A stretch of 64,000 bases of DNA, taken from NCBI GenBank assembly GCA_964549105.1, contig CAZJTZ010000001.1, positions 284,632-348,631 on the forward strand, written 5' to 3'. The position numbers were made by a program, and so were the translations under genes. Shown one piece after another: positions 50,455 through 60,649 of this stretch. Under the pieces are notes generated by a model that saw nothing but the letters and a program-made list of their open reading frames with translations, was not told the DNA's origin and ran no database searches. Every line of letters begins with the position of its first letter. Positions within the stretch are counted from its first letter, which is position 1. Origin of the DNA: an uncultured Nitrospirales bacterium (GTDB taxonomy: Bacteria > Hydrogenedentota > Hydrogenedentia > Hydrogenedentales > Hydrogenedentaceae).

Positions 50455-51640
50455 ACAAAAAAATAAAATGGTTTCTATCTCCCAGGAAGATTTAGAAAAC
50501 CTGACAAAAGCATTAGAAGAATTTAATCGAACCAGTAAATCATGGGAGCAAGCCTATTCCTTATTGCAAAAACAAATTGCAGAATTAAATAGCGAATTGG
50601 AGTGGAAAAACAGCGAATTGGCAATGACCTCTGAATATTTAAGCAATTTACTGGAATCCATTTCAGATGGGGTTATTGCTGTGGATTTGAATGATATAAT
50701 AAATCGCTTTAATCGTTCGGCTACTATAATCTCTGGATATAAATCTTCCGAAGTAATTGGGAAAACCTTTTCTGAAATTTTTCATCGTCCCTTTTTGATT
50801 ACAGACAGTGATGAAAATACTTATCAACTCCAAACAAAGACAGGAAGACTCATACCTATAACTGAGCGCGATTCCCTTATCACAGATGCACAGGGTGAAA
50901 TTATAGGACGGGTAAAGGTCTTTCAAGATTTGAGTGAAATACTTGAACTGAGAGCACATATCCAGCACAAAGAACGATTGGCTGTGATTGGAGAAATGGC
51001 TGCAACCATAGCCCATGAAATTCGGAATCCATTAGGAGGTATTCGAGGATTTACCTCATTTCTGGCACAAGACCTTTCCTCAGATGACCCGCGCCAGAGG
51101 TTTGTGAAAAAAATAATGCAGGGAATACAGTCTCTAGAACATATTATTAATGACCTATTAGAATACACACGCCCCATAGAGTTAAAACGAGAGAAAAAAC
51201 CTTTATCAGAATTAATAGGTGCAAGTTTAGAATTTATCTCCTACGACAAAAAAAAGATTGTAATACTGGTGCGGTGCTCACCCAAAATTATAATAGATTT
51301 AGATTTTGCTCGTATGAAACAGGTAATATCAAACATTGTTCTGAACTCCATTCAAAGTATTAACGATAAAGGAGAAATACAAATAATTGGGGAAGTGGAA
51401 GACAAGTTTGCAAGGATAGAAATCAAAGATAACGGCTGCGGAATAAAACCTGAAATATTACCTAAAATTTTTTCTCCTTTTACAACTACTAAAGAAAAAG
51501 GCACAGGTTTGGGATTAGCCCTCTGTGCTAAAATTATTGAAGCCCATGGGGGACAAATTAAAGCAGACAGCACGGTGGGTGTTGGAACTAAAGTAACAAT
51601 ATGGATACCGATTGAAGCAGATTTTCAAAATAATAGATAA
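50444..51640 (+). CDS. Cytoplasmic sensor histidine kinase (PAS-HisKA-HATPase).
   Basis: PAS-like segment (SISDGVIAVD…), H-box HEIRNPLGGIRGF, N/G1/G2 boxes (DNGCGIKPE, GTGLGLALC). No TM helices. Confidence 0.85.
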   Translation: MISKQKNKMVSISQEDLENLTKALEEFNRTSKSWEQAYSLLQKQIAELNSELEWKNSELAMTSEYLSNLLESISDGVIAVDLNDIINRFNRSATIISGYKSSEVIGKTFSEIFHRPFLITDSDENTYQLQTKTGRLIPITERDSLITDAQGEIIGRVKVFQDLSEILELRAHIQHKERLAVIGEMAATIAHEIRNPLGGIRGFTSFLAQDLSSDDPRQRFVKKIMQGIQSLEHIINDLLEYTRPIELKREKKPLSELIGASLEFISYDKKKIVILVRCSPKIIIDLDFARMKQVISNIVLNSIQSINDKGEIQIIGEVEDKFARIEIKDNGCGIKPEILPKIFSPFTTTKEKGTGLGLALCAKIIEAHGGQIKADSTVGVGTKVTIWIPIEADFQNNR

Positions 51641-51672
51641 ATCAAGATTGAGCACTGGCTAAGGGAAGAAGC

Positions 51673-53043
51673 ATGCCTAAAGCAAAAATTTTAGTGATTG
51701 ACGATGAACCTCTTATGCGTGAGTTTATAGAGGAAGCGATGACGCGTGCAGGTTATCGAGTTGTAAGTTCTGGAAACGGCGTAGAAGGAGTTGAATTTAT
51801 TAAAAACCAACCTTTCGATTTAATAATAACAGACCTAAAAATGAGCCCAGTAGATGGAATGGAAGTTTTAGGTGAAACTGTAAAAATATCTCCAGAAACA
51901 CCTGTAATTATTATGACTGCTTATGCAACAATTGATACAGCCATCGAAGCCCTGAAAAAAGGCGCTGTGGATTATTTAATTAAACCTTTCACCCCTGAGG
52001 TTATAGAAATTGCAGTAAAGCGTGTTTTAGACAAAGTCAAAATGAGTGCCGAGAATAAATTCCTCCGTTCTGAGTTAAATACCTATTTAGGCCCGCCTCA
52101 AATGATTGGGTCCAGCAAAGCAATGAAGGAACTTCATGAAAAGATAGCCAAAATTGCGGACTCTCGTTCGACCGTTCTTATTCGAGGGGAAACAGGTGTT
52201 GGTAAAGAGTTAGTCGCAAGAAGTATTCATCATATAAGTCCAAGACAAGATAAACCTTTTATAAAAGTAAATTGTGCTGCCCTGTCATCAGGAATCCTTG
52301 AAAGTGAACTTTTTGGACATGAAAGAGGCTCATTTACCGGGGCTTATGAAAGGAAAATAGGGCGTTTTGAACTTGCTAATGGCGGTTCTTTGTTATTGGA
52401 CGAAGTAAGTGAGATTCATGTGGACTTGCAACCCAAACTACTGCGTGCCCTACAAGAACGAGAGATAGAACGCGTAGGTGGAACCGAAACTATCTCTGTG
52501 GATGTTAGGATTATTGCTACCTCAAATAGAAATCTTGAAGATGCCGTAGAAAATAATTCCTTCCGTCGTGATTTATTTTATCGTTTGAATGTCATTACGC
52601 TATATGTACCTCCACTACGCGAAAGGAAGGAAGATATTCCTGAATTAGTTCATTATTTTTTGAAACGATTTTCAAAAGAGAATGGGAGAAACATTGAAAG
52701 TATTACAGAAAAGGCTATGAATCAATTTATGGAATATGACTGGCCCGGCAACATTCGCGAACTACAAAACATTATAGAACGGGCTGTTGTCCTCGCCGGA
52801 AAGAAGAAGATACTATCCGCAGAGGATTTTGAATTTTTTAAAATTCCAAGCCACACCATCAAAAATAATTCAAACCTTCAAGCAGGCATTACTTTAGCAG
52901 AAATGGAAAAAAATATTATCTTAAAAACTTTGGAACACTGTGATGGGAACAAAACAAAAGCGGCAGAAACTCTGGGTATAAGTGTCCGAACCCTCAGAAA
53001 CAAACTTCATGAATACGGAATGGTTAGAAGTCCAAACGACTAA
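51673..53043 (+). CDS. Sigma-54-dependent response regulator (NtrC family): REC + AAA+ sigma-54 activation domain + Fis-type HTH.
   Basis: Receiver VIDDEP…D…K. Walker A GETGVGKE, GAFTGA-type loop ESELFGHERGSFTGA, Walker B LLLDEV. C-terminal HTH KTKAAETLGISVRTLRNKL. Confidence 0.9.
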   Translation: MPKAKILVIDDEPLMREFIEEAMTRAGYRVVSSGNGVEGVEFIKNQPFDLIITDLKMSPVDGMEVLGETVKISPETPVIIMTAYATIDTAIEALKKGAVDYLIKPFTPEVIEIAVKRVLDKVKMSAENKFLRSELNTYLGPPQMIGSSKAMKELHEKIAKIADSRSTVLIRGETGVGKELVARSIHHISPRQDKPFIKVNCAALSSGILESELFGHERGSFTGAYERKIGRFELANGGSLLLDEVSEIHVDLQPKLLRALQEREIERVGGTETISVDVRIIATSNRNLEDAVENNSFRRDLFYRLNVITLYVPPLRERKEDIPELVHYFLKRFSKENGRNIESITEKAMNQFMEYDWPGNIRELQNIIERAVVLAGKKKILSAEDFEFFKIPSHTIKNNSNLQAGITLAEMEKNIILKTLEHCDGNKTKAAETLGISVRTLRNKLHEYGMVRSPND

Positions 53044-53064
53044 AAACAATAAATAAATTTAATA

Positions 53065-55314
53065 ATGACTCATGCGAAGCAGGTATTTTGTTTGATGAAC
53101 AAATTATTTATTAAAAAGCATAATACGAGTATATATATCTTTTTAATTTTAGCCATAGCATTCTTATTAAGAGTTATCTATTATTTTTATATTTCTAATC
53201 AAGCCGGGTTTTCTCATTTAATCTTAGACCCTCAATTTAACGACTACTGGGCACATAAAATACTTTACAGCGGGAATTTTCCTTCACCCACAGGCGAAGA
53301 CCCTATGATAGAAAAGACACCTTATGGGCGACCTCCCGGCTATCCATTCCTATTGGCTTTTATATATTTTCTTTTTGGCGATAATTATTATTCCCCACGA
53401 GTTATCCAATTTTTCGTCGGGATATTGAATGTATACTTAATTTTCTTTTTTGCCTCAAAGATATTTCATGATAAAAAGATAGGTTTGATAAGTGCACTTT
53501 TTATGGCAATACTCTGGGAACCTATATATTTTGAGGGAGAAATTAATTACCCAGTGTGGGCACTTACTTTAACGATTACACTCGTCGGAATTTCTTTGTT
53601 GTATTTGCAAAGAGAAAAAACAAAATGGGCATTTTTTATGGGGCTGTTGTTGGGATTATTTGCTCTATTCAGACCCAATGCCCTTCTCCTCTTTCCTATC
53701 TATCTAATACTCATTTTTATTAAGGTAAGAACTTCAGGCTTAAAGAAAATCGCAGCACACTTTGCACTTTTTGTAATACCCCTGTTAATTGTTATAGTGC
53801 CTGTTTTTATTAGAAACTACTTAGTCAGCCATGAGTTCTTTCTAATATCCTGTTTTGGAGGTGTGAACACTTATATAGGCAACAACCCCAAATCAACAGG
53901 AGACAGTCCCAATATCCCTGACATCATTAACCTGTGTGGCGTGGACAACTGGGACTGTTTCAACTACCGATTATTGGTGAAAGGTCTGGGAATAAAACAG
54001 GAAGGCAGACCTTACTCTTTTAGCGAAGCGTCTCATTTCTTTTATCAAAAGGCTTGTAATTTCTGGATACATGAACCTATCTCTGCTATAAAACTGACGA
54101 TCCGAAAGTTTCTATTGTTCTGGGGACCGCCCATCGTATCTGATGGGAAAGTAATTTGCTATGATAGAGATTCATCTATTCTTCGAATATTACCGGGTTT
54201 CCCCATAATATTGGGTTTATCTCTCTTTTTATTCATTTTAGTTATTTCAAAAAGGAAAAACATTTCAAGTGAATTGAAACTATCTGTTCTTTTCCTTTTT
54301 ATTTGGTGTTTTACCTATTCTTTTTCTGTCATTCCTTTCTTTGTATCAGAACGATATAGAGTGCCCATTATACCCCCATTATGTATGATGGGCGGAATTG
54401 GGTTCTCTGTATATGTCAACCACTTTGAAAAGCAAAATGCCCTTCAAAAGTTTAAAATGGCAATTATTTGTTTATTATGTTTTGCAGTTATTTACCTTAT
54501 TCCTGTAAGGTATAATCCTGAAAAGGCTCGTTGGTTTTATCATCAGGCAATAGTATCTTACAAAAGCCAGAAAGTAAATGATGCTATCTATAATGCCAAA
54601 AGGTCTATAGAAACTGACCCAAAATATTACGAAGCATATACTTTACTCGGTATAATCTCGTTAGAGCAGAAAGAACTCAAAGAATCTGAAAATTATTACT
54701 TAAAATCGCTATCCATAAACCCTGATTATGCTATGGCAACTAATAATTTAGGATATGTAATGGAATTGCAGGGGCAACTTGACCTGTCAGAAAAATATTA
54801 TAAAAAGGCATGTGAATTAAGTCCTGTTTACTCTCTGGCGTGGATTAATCTCGGACGAATTTACCTGTATCATCTGGAAAACTTTGAACAGGCAAAAAAC
54901 TGTTTCTTAAAATCTACGGAATTAGAACCCAACTCGTGGGCAGCCTGGTTCCACTTAGGAAATGTATTTGTTCAGACCCAGAAATATGATCTGGCTGAAC
55001 AATCGTTTCAAAAATCATTATCATTAAATCCAGAGAACCCCTATATACTTAACAATCTCGGATTTTTATTTATTCAAAAGCAGCAATACCCTGAAGCAAT
55101 AAATTATTTAAAGAAGTCTTTGGAAATTGAGCCAGACTTTGTTGATGCAATGTTTAATATGGCAAACGCACTAAAAGCCACGGGAAAAATTGAAGAGGCA
55201 AAAGTCTGGTATAAAAAGGTGTTAGAAAAAAATCCAGATTTTGAAGAGGCAAAGAATGAAATCAATCAATTAAATATTCAAGAAAATGATAGGCAAAAAA
55301 ACAATAATAAGTAA
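53065..55314 (+). CDS. GT-C fold polyprenyl-phosphate-sugar-dependent glycosyltransferase (PMT_2/ArnT-like, GT39/GT83-type) fused to C-terminal TPR repeats.
   Basis: Polytopic N-terminal domain with first-periplasmic-loop motif …YWAHKILYSGNF…YGRPPGYPFLLAFIYFLFG. The C-terminal roughly 250 aa carry at least six TPR units (AYTLLGIISLEQKELKESENYYLKSLSINPDY…). Confidence 0.75.
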   Translation: MTHAKQVFCLMNKLFIKKHNTSIYIFLILAIAFLLRVIYYFYISNQAGFSHLILDPQFNDYWAHKILYSGNFPSPTGEDPMIEKTPYGRPPGYPFLLAFIYFLFGDNYYSPRVIQFFVGILNVYLIFFFASKIFHDKKIGLISALFMAILWEPIYFEGEINYPVWALTLTITLVGISLLYLQREKTKWAFFMGLLLGLFALFRPNALLLFPIYLILIFIKVRTSGLKKIAAHFALFVIPLLIVIVPVFIRNYLVSHEFFLISCFGGVNTYIGNNPKSTGDSPNIPDIINLCGVDNWDCFNYRLLVKGLGIKQEGRPYSFSEASHFFYQKACNFWIHEPISAIKLTIRKFLLFWGPPIVSDGKVICYDRDSSILRILPGFPIILGLSLFLFILVISKRKNISSELKLSVLFLFIWCFTYSFSVIPFFVSERYRVPIIPPLCMMGGIGFSVYVNHFEKQNALQKFKMAIICLLCFAVIYLIPVRYNPEKARWFYHQAIVSYKSQKVNDAIYNAKRSIETDPKYYEAYTLLGIISLEQKELKESENYYLKSLSINPDYAMATNNLGYVMELQGQLDLSEKYYKKACELSPVYSLAWINLGRIYLYHLENFEQAKNCFLKSTELEPNSWAAWFHLGNVFVQTQKYDLAEQSFQKSLSLNPENPYILNNLGFLFIQKQQYPEAINYLKKSLEIEPDFVDAMFNMANALKATGKIEEAKVWYKKVLEKNPDFEEAKNEINQLNIQENDRQKNNNK

Positions 55315-55325
55315 TGGTTTGATAT

Positions 55326-57968
55326 ATGAATAAGCAAAAACGAGCAAATAGAGATTGGGTTATCCTGGCATGGATTCTTTTACTTGCCTTTGTGCTGAGA
55401 ATCATCTATTTGTGGCAGATAGTAGATGCTCCCGATTTTATTGCTCTTCGCCAGGATTTGGATGTTCAGGATTATCAAGCGAGGGCTATGTTATCTGGCG
55501 ACTGGTCTTTACGCGAAGGGGTCTCTGACCCACATATACCAACGACTCCTTATTACCGTCCCCCAGGTTATACCTACTTTCTCGCCGTTGTGTATTGGCT
55601 TTTTGATGGTTCCTACCTTGCACCTCGATTAATTCAGTTCACGCTTGGAATACTTCATATCCTCCTAATCTACTTTCTAACCAGAAAACTTTTTAATCGT
55701 GTAGCAGGTTTGTGTTCAGCATTTCTCGTCTCTATCTATTGGGCATTTATTTACTACGAGGGGGAAGTAAATGACCCTGCCCTATTTATTTTTCTCGTCC
55801 CATGTATTCTATTTTGCCTGCATTATGCAATCTCAAAAGATTTTGTGCTTTCTTCTTCCCTTTCAGGATTGCTTATTGGCGTCTATGCCATTATGCGTCC
55901 CAATATTTTGTTGTTTATCCCTTTTGTAATACTCTGGATGTTATTTATCTACTACCAAAAACGAAAATTAATAAGTTGCCTTTTTCATATCCTTTCTCTT
56001 TGTTTAGTGGCAATTGCAGTTATTTTTCCTGTAACACTTCGCAATTATCTTGTATCGGGTGAATTTGTGCCTATCTCTACCTACTTTGGGGAGAATTTAT
56101 TGATTGGGAACAGCAAAGACGCCGACGGAGTAACACCGTGGCTACCTTATCTACAAGATTTAGAAGGAACAGGAAATTGGTCTGTATGGCACTATGACAA
56201 TGTCGTCAAAGGCTTAGGTAAATCGCTGGGTAGAGAGGTAACTCATTCAGAAGCGTCAAATATTTTTGCAAAAATGGCACTTGATTATGTTATTCATCAT
56301 CCATGGAAAACCTTTGTATTAACCCTTAAAAAAGCCGTTTTGTTCTGGAGTCCAAAAGAAATAACCGAGAATAAAGTAGTAGAAGGAGAAAGACAGTATT
56401 ATATTCCTTTGAAATATCTGCCAAGATTTCCAATAGTTCTCAGTACTTTTTTGTTTGGATTGTTATTTTTACTTCACAATATATTTAGAAAGAAAGAACG
56501 AATTAAAACAGAGAATATTTATCTGCTTTCTCTTATTCTCCTATTTATTTTTAGTTATTACATTTCATTCTTGCCTTTTTTTGTAAATGCACGAGCACGC
56601 GTCCCTTTGCTGGGGATAATGCTTATCTTCGGAGGATATGGAATTGCCGAAATTATAAACCTCCTAAAAACAAAAAAAATCAAATTGGCTGTGTTAAACA
56701 ATCTGATTCTGATTTTCCTCTTTCTATTAGTTCACATTGAAATTATTCCATACAAACCTGATATGTGTCGCTGGCATTATGACCGTGCAGATTCGTTTCT
56801 TCGAGTTGGGCGTGTTGAGGAAGCTATACAGGAAGTTTATGCACTCATGAAGCAACCTGAACGACCTATGACCTATATGCCTTTCCGACTGGGGCATGCC
56901 TTTGCAAAATTAAACTATCCAGAACTTGCTGTAAATTTGTTGAGGCTTGCATTAAGCCCCGACCCATCTGAACAACCACCGATGTATCGTGAGGACATTC
57001 ATTACCACATCGGAGCCCAACTTCTAAAATTGAAACGCTACGATGAAGCCATACAGGAGTTTGAAAAAGCACTTTCCATAAATCCCAAAGACCCACGGGC
57101 TCATAATGATTTGGGGGTAATTTATAAAGACAGAGGAAATCTTCAAAAAGCAGAAAGTTATTTCATAAATTCTATTGAAATTGAACCTGAGTTTAACCTT
57201 GCCATTATTAATTTAACAGACTTGTATGTGCAGCAAAACAAATTTTTAGACGCCATACAACTTCTGGAAAAAAGCCTGAAACTAAAACCAAATGATTTAG
57301 AATTTCTCTATAATTTAGGATATGTGTATCACCTTTCTGGGCGTTACGATGAAGCCCTTACCTACTATAATAAGGTCTTATCTATAAAAAACAATGAGCC
57401 TGCAACACTTAACAATATGGCTATGATTTTTTCAGCGAAAGATGATTTTGAACAAGCCAAAAAGACTCTCCGACTGTGCATTGATAAAAACCCGTATTAT
57501 ACACTTGCTTACGCAAATTATGGGGATATTCTGTATACCGAAAATCAAAAAGTCGAAGCAGCCTATTTTTACAGTAAGGGTCTGGAAACCAATCCAGAAC
57601 ATATAGGTTTACGAATGGCTTTATCCAGAATTTATGTAGAACTTGGACAAGCAGCAAAAGGCATTTCGGAATTATTAGAAGGGTTAGATAAAAACCCATC
57701 TTCACCAGATTTATGGTTTGCCTTAGGGAATATTTATAATGGAAATAAAGAATATGATAAAGCAATTGAATGTTTTGAGAAGGTCATATCCATTGATAGT
57801 TCTTTTGTCGAGGCTTATCAAAATTTAATGGAGGTTTACCTTATAAAAAAAGACATTGATAAGGCATCGGAATTGTTAGAAAAAGCGAAACAACAAATTA
57901 AAGATTCTGAACAGATTGGATTCTTATTAGAGAAAATTCAAATAATTAAAGAAGAGAAAAACAAATGA
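55326..57968 (+). CDS. Second GT-C fold PMT_2/ArnT-like glycosyltransferase fused to C-terminal TPR repeats (paralog of the preceding gene).
   Basis: Equivalent loop motif DVQDYQARAMLSGDW…YYRPPGYTYFLAVVYWLFDG. The C-terminal roughly 380 aa carry TPR repeats. Confidence 0.75.
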   Translation: MNKQKRANRDWVILAWILLLAFVLRIIYLWQIVDAPDFIALRQDLDVQDYQARAMLSGDWSLREGVSDPHIPTTPYYRPPGYTYFLAVVYWLFDGSYLAPRLIQFTLGILHILLIYFLTRKLFNRVAGLCSAFLVSIYWAFIYYEGEVNDPALFIFLVPCILFCLHYAISKDFVLSSSLSGLLIGVYAIMRPNILLFIPFVILWMLFIYYQKRKLISCLFHILSLCLVAIAVIFPVTLRNYLVSGEFVPISTYFGENLLIGNSKDADGVTPWLPYLQDLEGTGNWSVWHYDNVVKGLGKSLGREVTHSEASNIFAKMALDYVIHHPWKTFVLTLKKAVLFWSPKEITENKVVEGERQYYIPLKYLPRFPIVLSTFLFGLLFLLHNIFRKKERIKTENIYLLSLILLFIFSYYISFLPFFVNARARVPLLGIMLIFGGYGIAEIINLLKTKKIKLAVLNNLILIFLFLLVHIEIIPYKPDMCRWHYDRADSFLRVGRVEEAIQEVYALMKQPERPMTYMPFRLGHAFAKLNYPELAVNLLRLALSPDPSEQPPMYREDIHYHIGAQLLKLKRYDEAIQEFEKALSINPKDPRAHNDLGVIYKDRGNLQKAESYFINSIEIEPEFNLAIINLTDLYVQQNKFLDAIQLLEKSLKLKPNDLEFLYNLGYVYHLSGRYDEALTYYNKVLSIKNNEPATLNNMAMIFSAKDDFEQAKKTLRLCIDKNPYYTLAYANYGDILYTENQKVEAAYFYSKGLETNPEHIGLRMALSRIYVELGQAAKGISELLEGLDKNPSSPDLWFALGNIYNGNKEYDKAIECFEKVISIDSSFVEAYQNLMEVYLIKKDIDKASELLEKAKQQIKDSEQIGFLLEKIQIIKEEKNK

Positions 57969-59152
57969 GTCTCTCTTCCAACAATATAACGAATAGCCAG
58001 AATAATGGAATAGAATTAAGCGTTATTCTTCCTTGTCTAAACGAAGAACGGACTATTGTTCAATGTATAAATAAAATTAAAGAAGTTTTAGAAAAGAATC
58101 AAATACAGGGGGAGATAATTGTAGCAGACAATAACTCCACAGACAATTCCGCTTCTCTTGCCGAGTCTGCTGGTGCTAAATTAATTCAGGTTCTTTCTCC
58201 GGGATATGGAAACGCATTGAGATATGGAATTAAAAACTCGCAGGGAAAATATATTATTTTTTTTGATTCTGATTTATCTTATGACCCGGAAGATATTCCC
58301 GCACTCCTTTCTAAATTACGAGAAGGTGCGTCTATTGTCATCGGCTCTCGGAAGAATGGGAGTATTGATAAAGGTTCTATGCCATGGCATCATAGATACA
58401 TTGGAACACCCATAATGACGCTACTTGCAAATCTCCTTTTTAAAACAAACATTTCTGATATAAACTCAGGTATGCGTGGAATGTCCCGTGAAGCCTTTGA
58501 ACGATTGGATTTGCATTCGGAAGGGATGGAATTTGCTTCTGAAATGATAGCAAAAGCATATTGGACAAAAATGGAGATTGCAGAAGTCCCCATTCATTTT
58601 CATTGTGACCAGAGAGGACGACGGCCCCACTTGCATTCCGTTCGCGATGGGTGGAGACATTTACAACTTATGTTCCATTATTGTTCTGTCAATTGGTTTT
58701 TTATCCCGGGGTTCTTATTACTGGCAGTTTCATATCTGACCTTTTTACTCCTTCCCTATTATCTAAATATCTACTCTTCTTTTTTTATTTCTTTGCTAAC
58801 AAATATTCTTGCTACAGAAATATTATTAATCGGTGTTATTGCTCAGGGTAGAGTCAGGGGCTCAAAATTTCGATATTCGCCCTCGCGGTATTTAAAGTTT
58901 CTATCAAAGGTTATCAAAGTTGAAAAGGGTATGATTCTTGGGCTAGGAATATGTGTTCTGGGTATTTTTACGGCAGTTCAATCTTTGAACTCCTCAAATG
59001 TTTTAGAAAAAAACCTATTTACTGACCCAAAATTGTTCCTATGGGGAATCTTATTTTTGGTTCAAGGTATTCAAATCTTGTTTAGTTCCATTCTAATTGG
59101 TCTATTTGGTATTCGCGTTTCTGAAGAGGAAGAATTTTTTAGAAAACTTTAA
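57965..59152 (+). CDS. GT2 polyprenyl-phosphate sugar synthase (DPM1/GtrB/ArnC-like) with C-terminal transmembrane helices.
   Basis: LSVILPCLNEERTI, ADNNSTDNS and FFDSDLSYDP (DxD). C-terminal hydrophobic helices (FFIPGFLLLAVSYLTFLLL…). Overlaps the upstream gene by 4 nt. Confidence 0.85.
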   Translation: MSLSSNNITNSQNNGIELSVILPCLNEERTIVQCINKIKEVLEKNQIQGEIIVADNNSTDNSASLAESAGAKLIQVLSPGYGNALRYGIKNSQGKYIIFFDSDLSYDPEDIPALLSKLREGASIVIGSRKNGSIDKGSMPWHHRYIGTPIMTLLANLLFKTNISDINSGMRGMSREAFERLDLHSEGMEFASEMIAKAYWTKMEIAEVPIHFHCDQRGRRPHLHSVRDGWRHLQLMFHYCSVNWFFIPGFLLLAVSYLTFLLLPYYLNIYSSFFISLLTNILATEILLIGVIAQGRVRGSKFRYSPSRYLKFLSKVIKVEKGMILGLGICVLGIFTAVQSLNSSNVLEKNLFTDPKLFLWGILFLVQGIQILFSSILIGLFGIRVSEEEEFFRKL

Positions 59153-59176
59153 TATCGTCAGGGTTATAATATTTAT

Positions 59177-60631
59177 ATGGTTCATATTGTTTTTGTAATG
59201 CCGCCTTATCCTTATTCTCAGTCCATTGGGAATCAAGGAGGAAAAAAGCAAATTGGATTGATGCCCCCTTTGGGAGTAGGGTATCTTACTGCCTATCTGG
59301 AACAGACAGGGAGATATCGTTGCAGTTTTGTAGACGCCGTTGCAGAAAGATTAACTGTCTCTGAAACAGCAAAAAGGATTATAGACTTAAAACCCGACGC
59401 TATAGGAATCTCTTCCTTTACTACTTTTTTGCTAAATTCTGCTTACGAACTTGCAACAGAATTAAAACATGCACTACCTACTACACCTTTAATTATAGGT
59501 GGACCTCACACAACCTCCTTTGGTGAACATATATTAATAGATTGTCCTGACATTGACTATGTGATACCCGGAGATGGAGAAATCCCTCTATTAGAATTAC
59601 TTGAATGCCTTCATTCAGGGAAAGAACCTAACTCAGTAAAAGGACTTATTTATAAAGATAAAGAGGGAAATATTATTGATACAGGTTGTTCTAATGTTGT
59701 TGAAGACCTGGACATTTTCCCTTTTCCTGCAAGGCATATTTATAACCAGGAATTGTATGAACCTCTACCCAGTTTAAGTCCAAAACGACCTGTTACCTCG
59801 ATGATTACATCGCGAGGCTGTCCATGGGCTCGGTGCAAGTTTTGCTATCAGGGAGGCAAGTATGCTTCCCCTTTCCGTAGAAGGTCTCCTGAAAATGTCG
59901 TTGCAGAAATAAAAGATTTGATTAAACAATATCAAATCAAAAATATCGTATTCTGGGATGACAACTTCTGTATTTACCCGGAATGGATTCACAAATTCTG
60001 TGCCCTAATGAAGCAAGAAAAAATAAATATAGATTGGTCTGTGCTTTCGCGTGTAAATACCGTAACAAAGGAAATGCTTCAAGAAATGGCAGAGGTAGGG
60101 TGTTATAGTATTCAATTTGGTATTGAATCGGGCAACCCGGAAATACTGAAACTTATTAATAAAGGGCATACCATAGAACAATGTAAAAAGGCTGTGCACT
60201 GGGCAAAAGAGGCAGGAATGGAGACTCGCGCCTTCTTTGTATTGGGTTTCCCCACAGAAACACCTGAAATGAGTGAAAAAACCATCCAATTTGCCTGTGA
60301 ACTAAATATTGATTATGTTGTATTTTTTTCTTATTATGTAGCACCGGGGACACCTCTTGCTGAAATAGCGATGCGAGAAGGACAGTGTTTTAATTTTGTA
60401 GGACAACACCTGCCCTCCTATCTTCCTAATACTTACCCTGATTTAGGAACATTAACAAAGAAAGTCCAGTCTGCATATAGAAGATACTACCTCAGACCCC
60501 GTTATTTTGCAAGAACCATTGCACGAACTATAAGAAGACCTCTCCACTTAAAAAACCAAATCAAGGCTTTCAATTATTGGCTTGGATTAAGTTTAAGAAG
60601 GTGGTCAGACACTAAAAAAACAACAGAATAA
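59177..60631 (+). CDS. B12-binding domain radical SAM protein (class B radical SAM enzyme).
   Basis: N-terminal B12-binding Rossmann-like domain (…DAIGISSFTT…IIGGPHTT…). Radical SAM core with cysteine triad GCPWARCKFC (spacing C-x4-C-x2-C as read). C-terminal region of about 150 aa. Confidence 0.75.
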   Translation: MVHIVFVMPPYPYSQSIGNQGGKKQIGLMPPLGVGYLTAYLEQTGRYRCSFVDAVAERLTVSETAKRIIDLKPDAIGISSFTTFLLNSAYELATELKHALPTTPLIIGGPHTTSFGEHILIDCPDIDYVIPGDGEIPLLELLECLHSGKEPNSVKGLIYKDKEGNIIDTGCSNVVEDLDIFPFPARHIYNQELYEPLPSLSPKRPVTSMITSRGCPWARCKFCYQGGKYASPFRRRSPENVVAEIKDLIKQYQIKNIVFWDDNFCIYPEWIHKFCALMKQEKINIDWSVLSRVNTVTKEMLQEMAEVGCYSIQFGIESGNPEILKLINKGHTIEQCKKAVHWAKEAGMETRAFFVLGFPTETPEMSEKTIQFACELNIDYVVFFSYYVAPGTPLAEIAMREGQCFNFVGQHLPSYLPNTYPDLGTLTKKVQSAYRRYYLRPRYFARTIARTIRRPLHLKNQIKAFNYWLGLSLRRWSDTKKTTE

Positions 60632-60649
60632 AGAATTACAATAAGAGGA

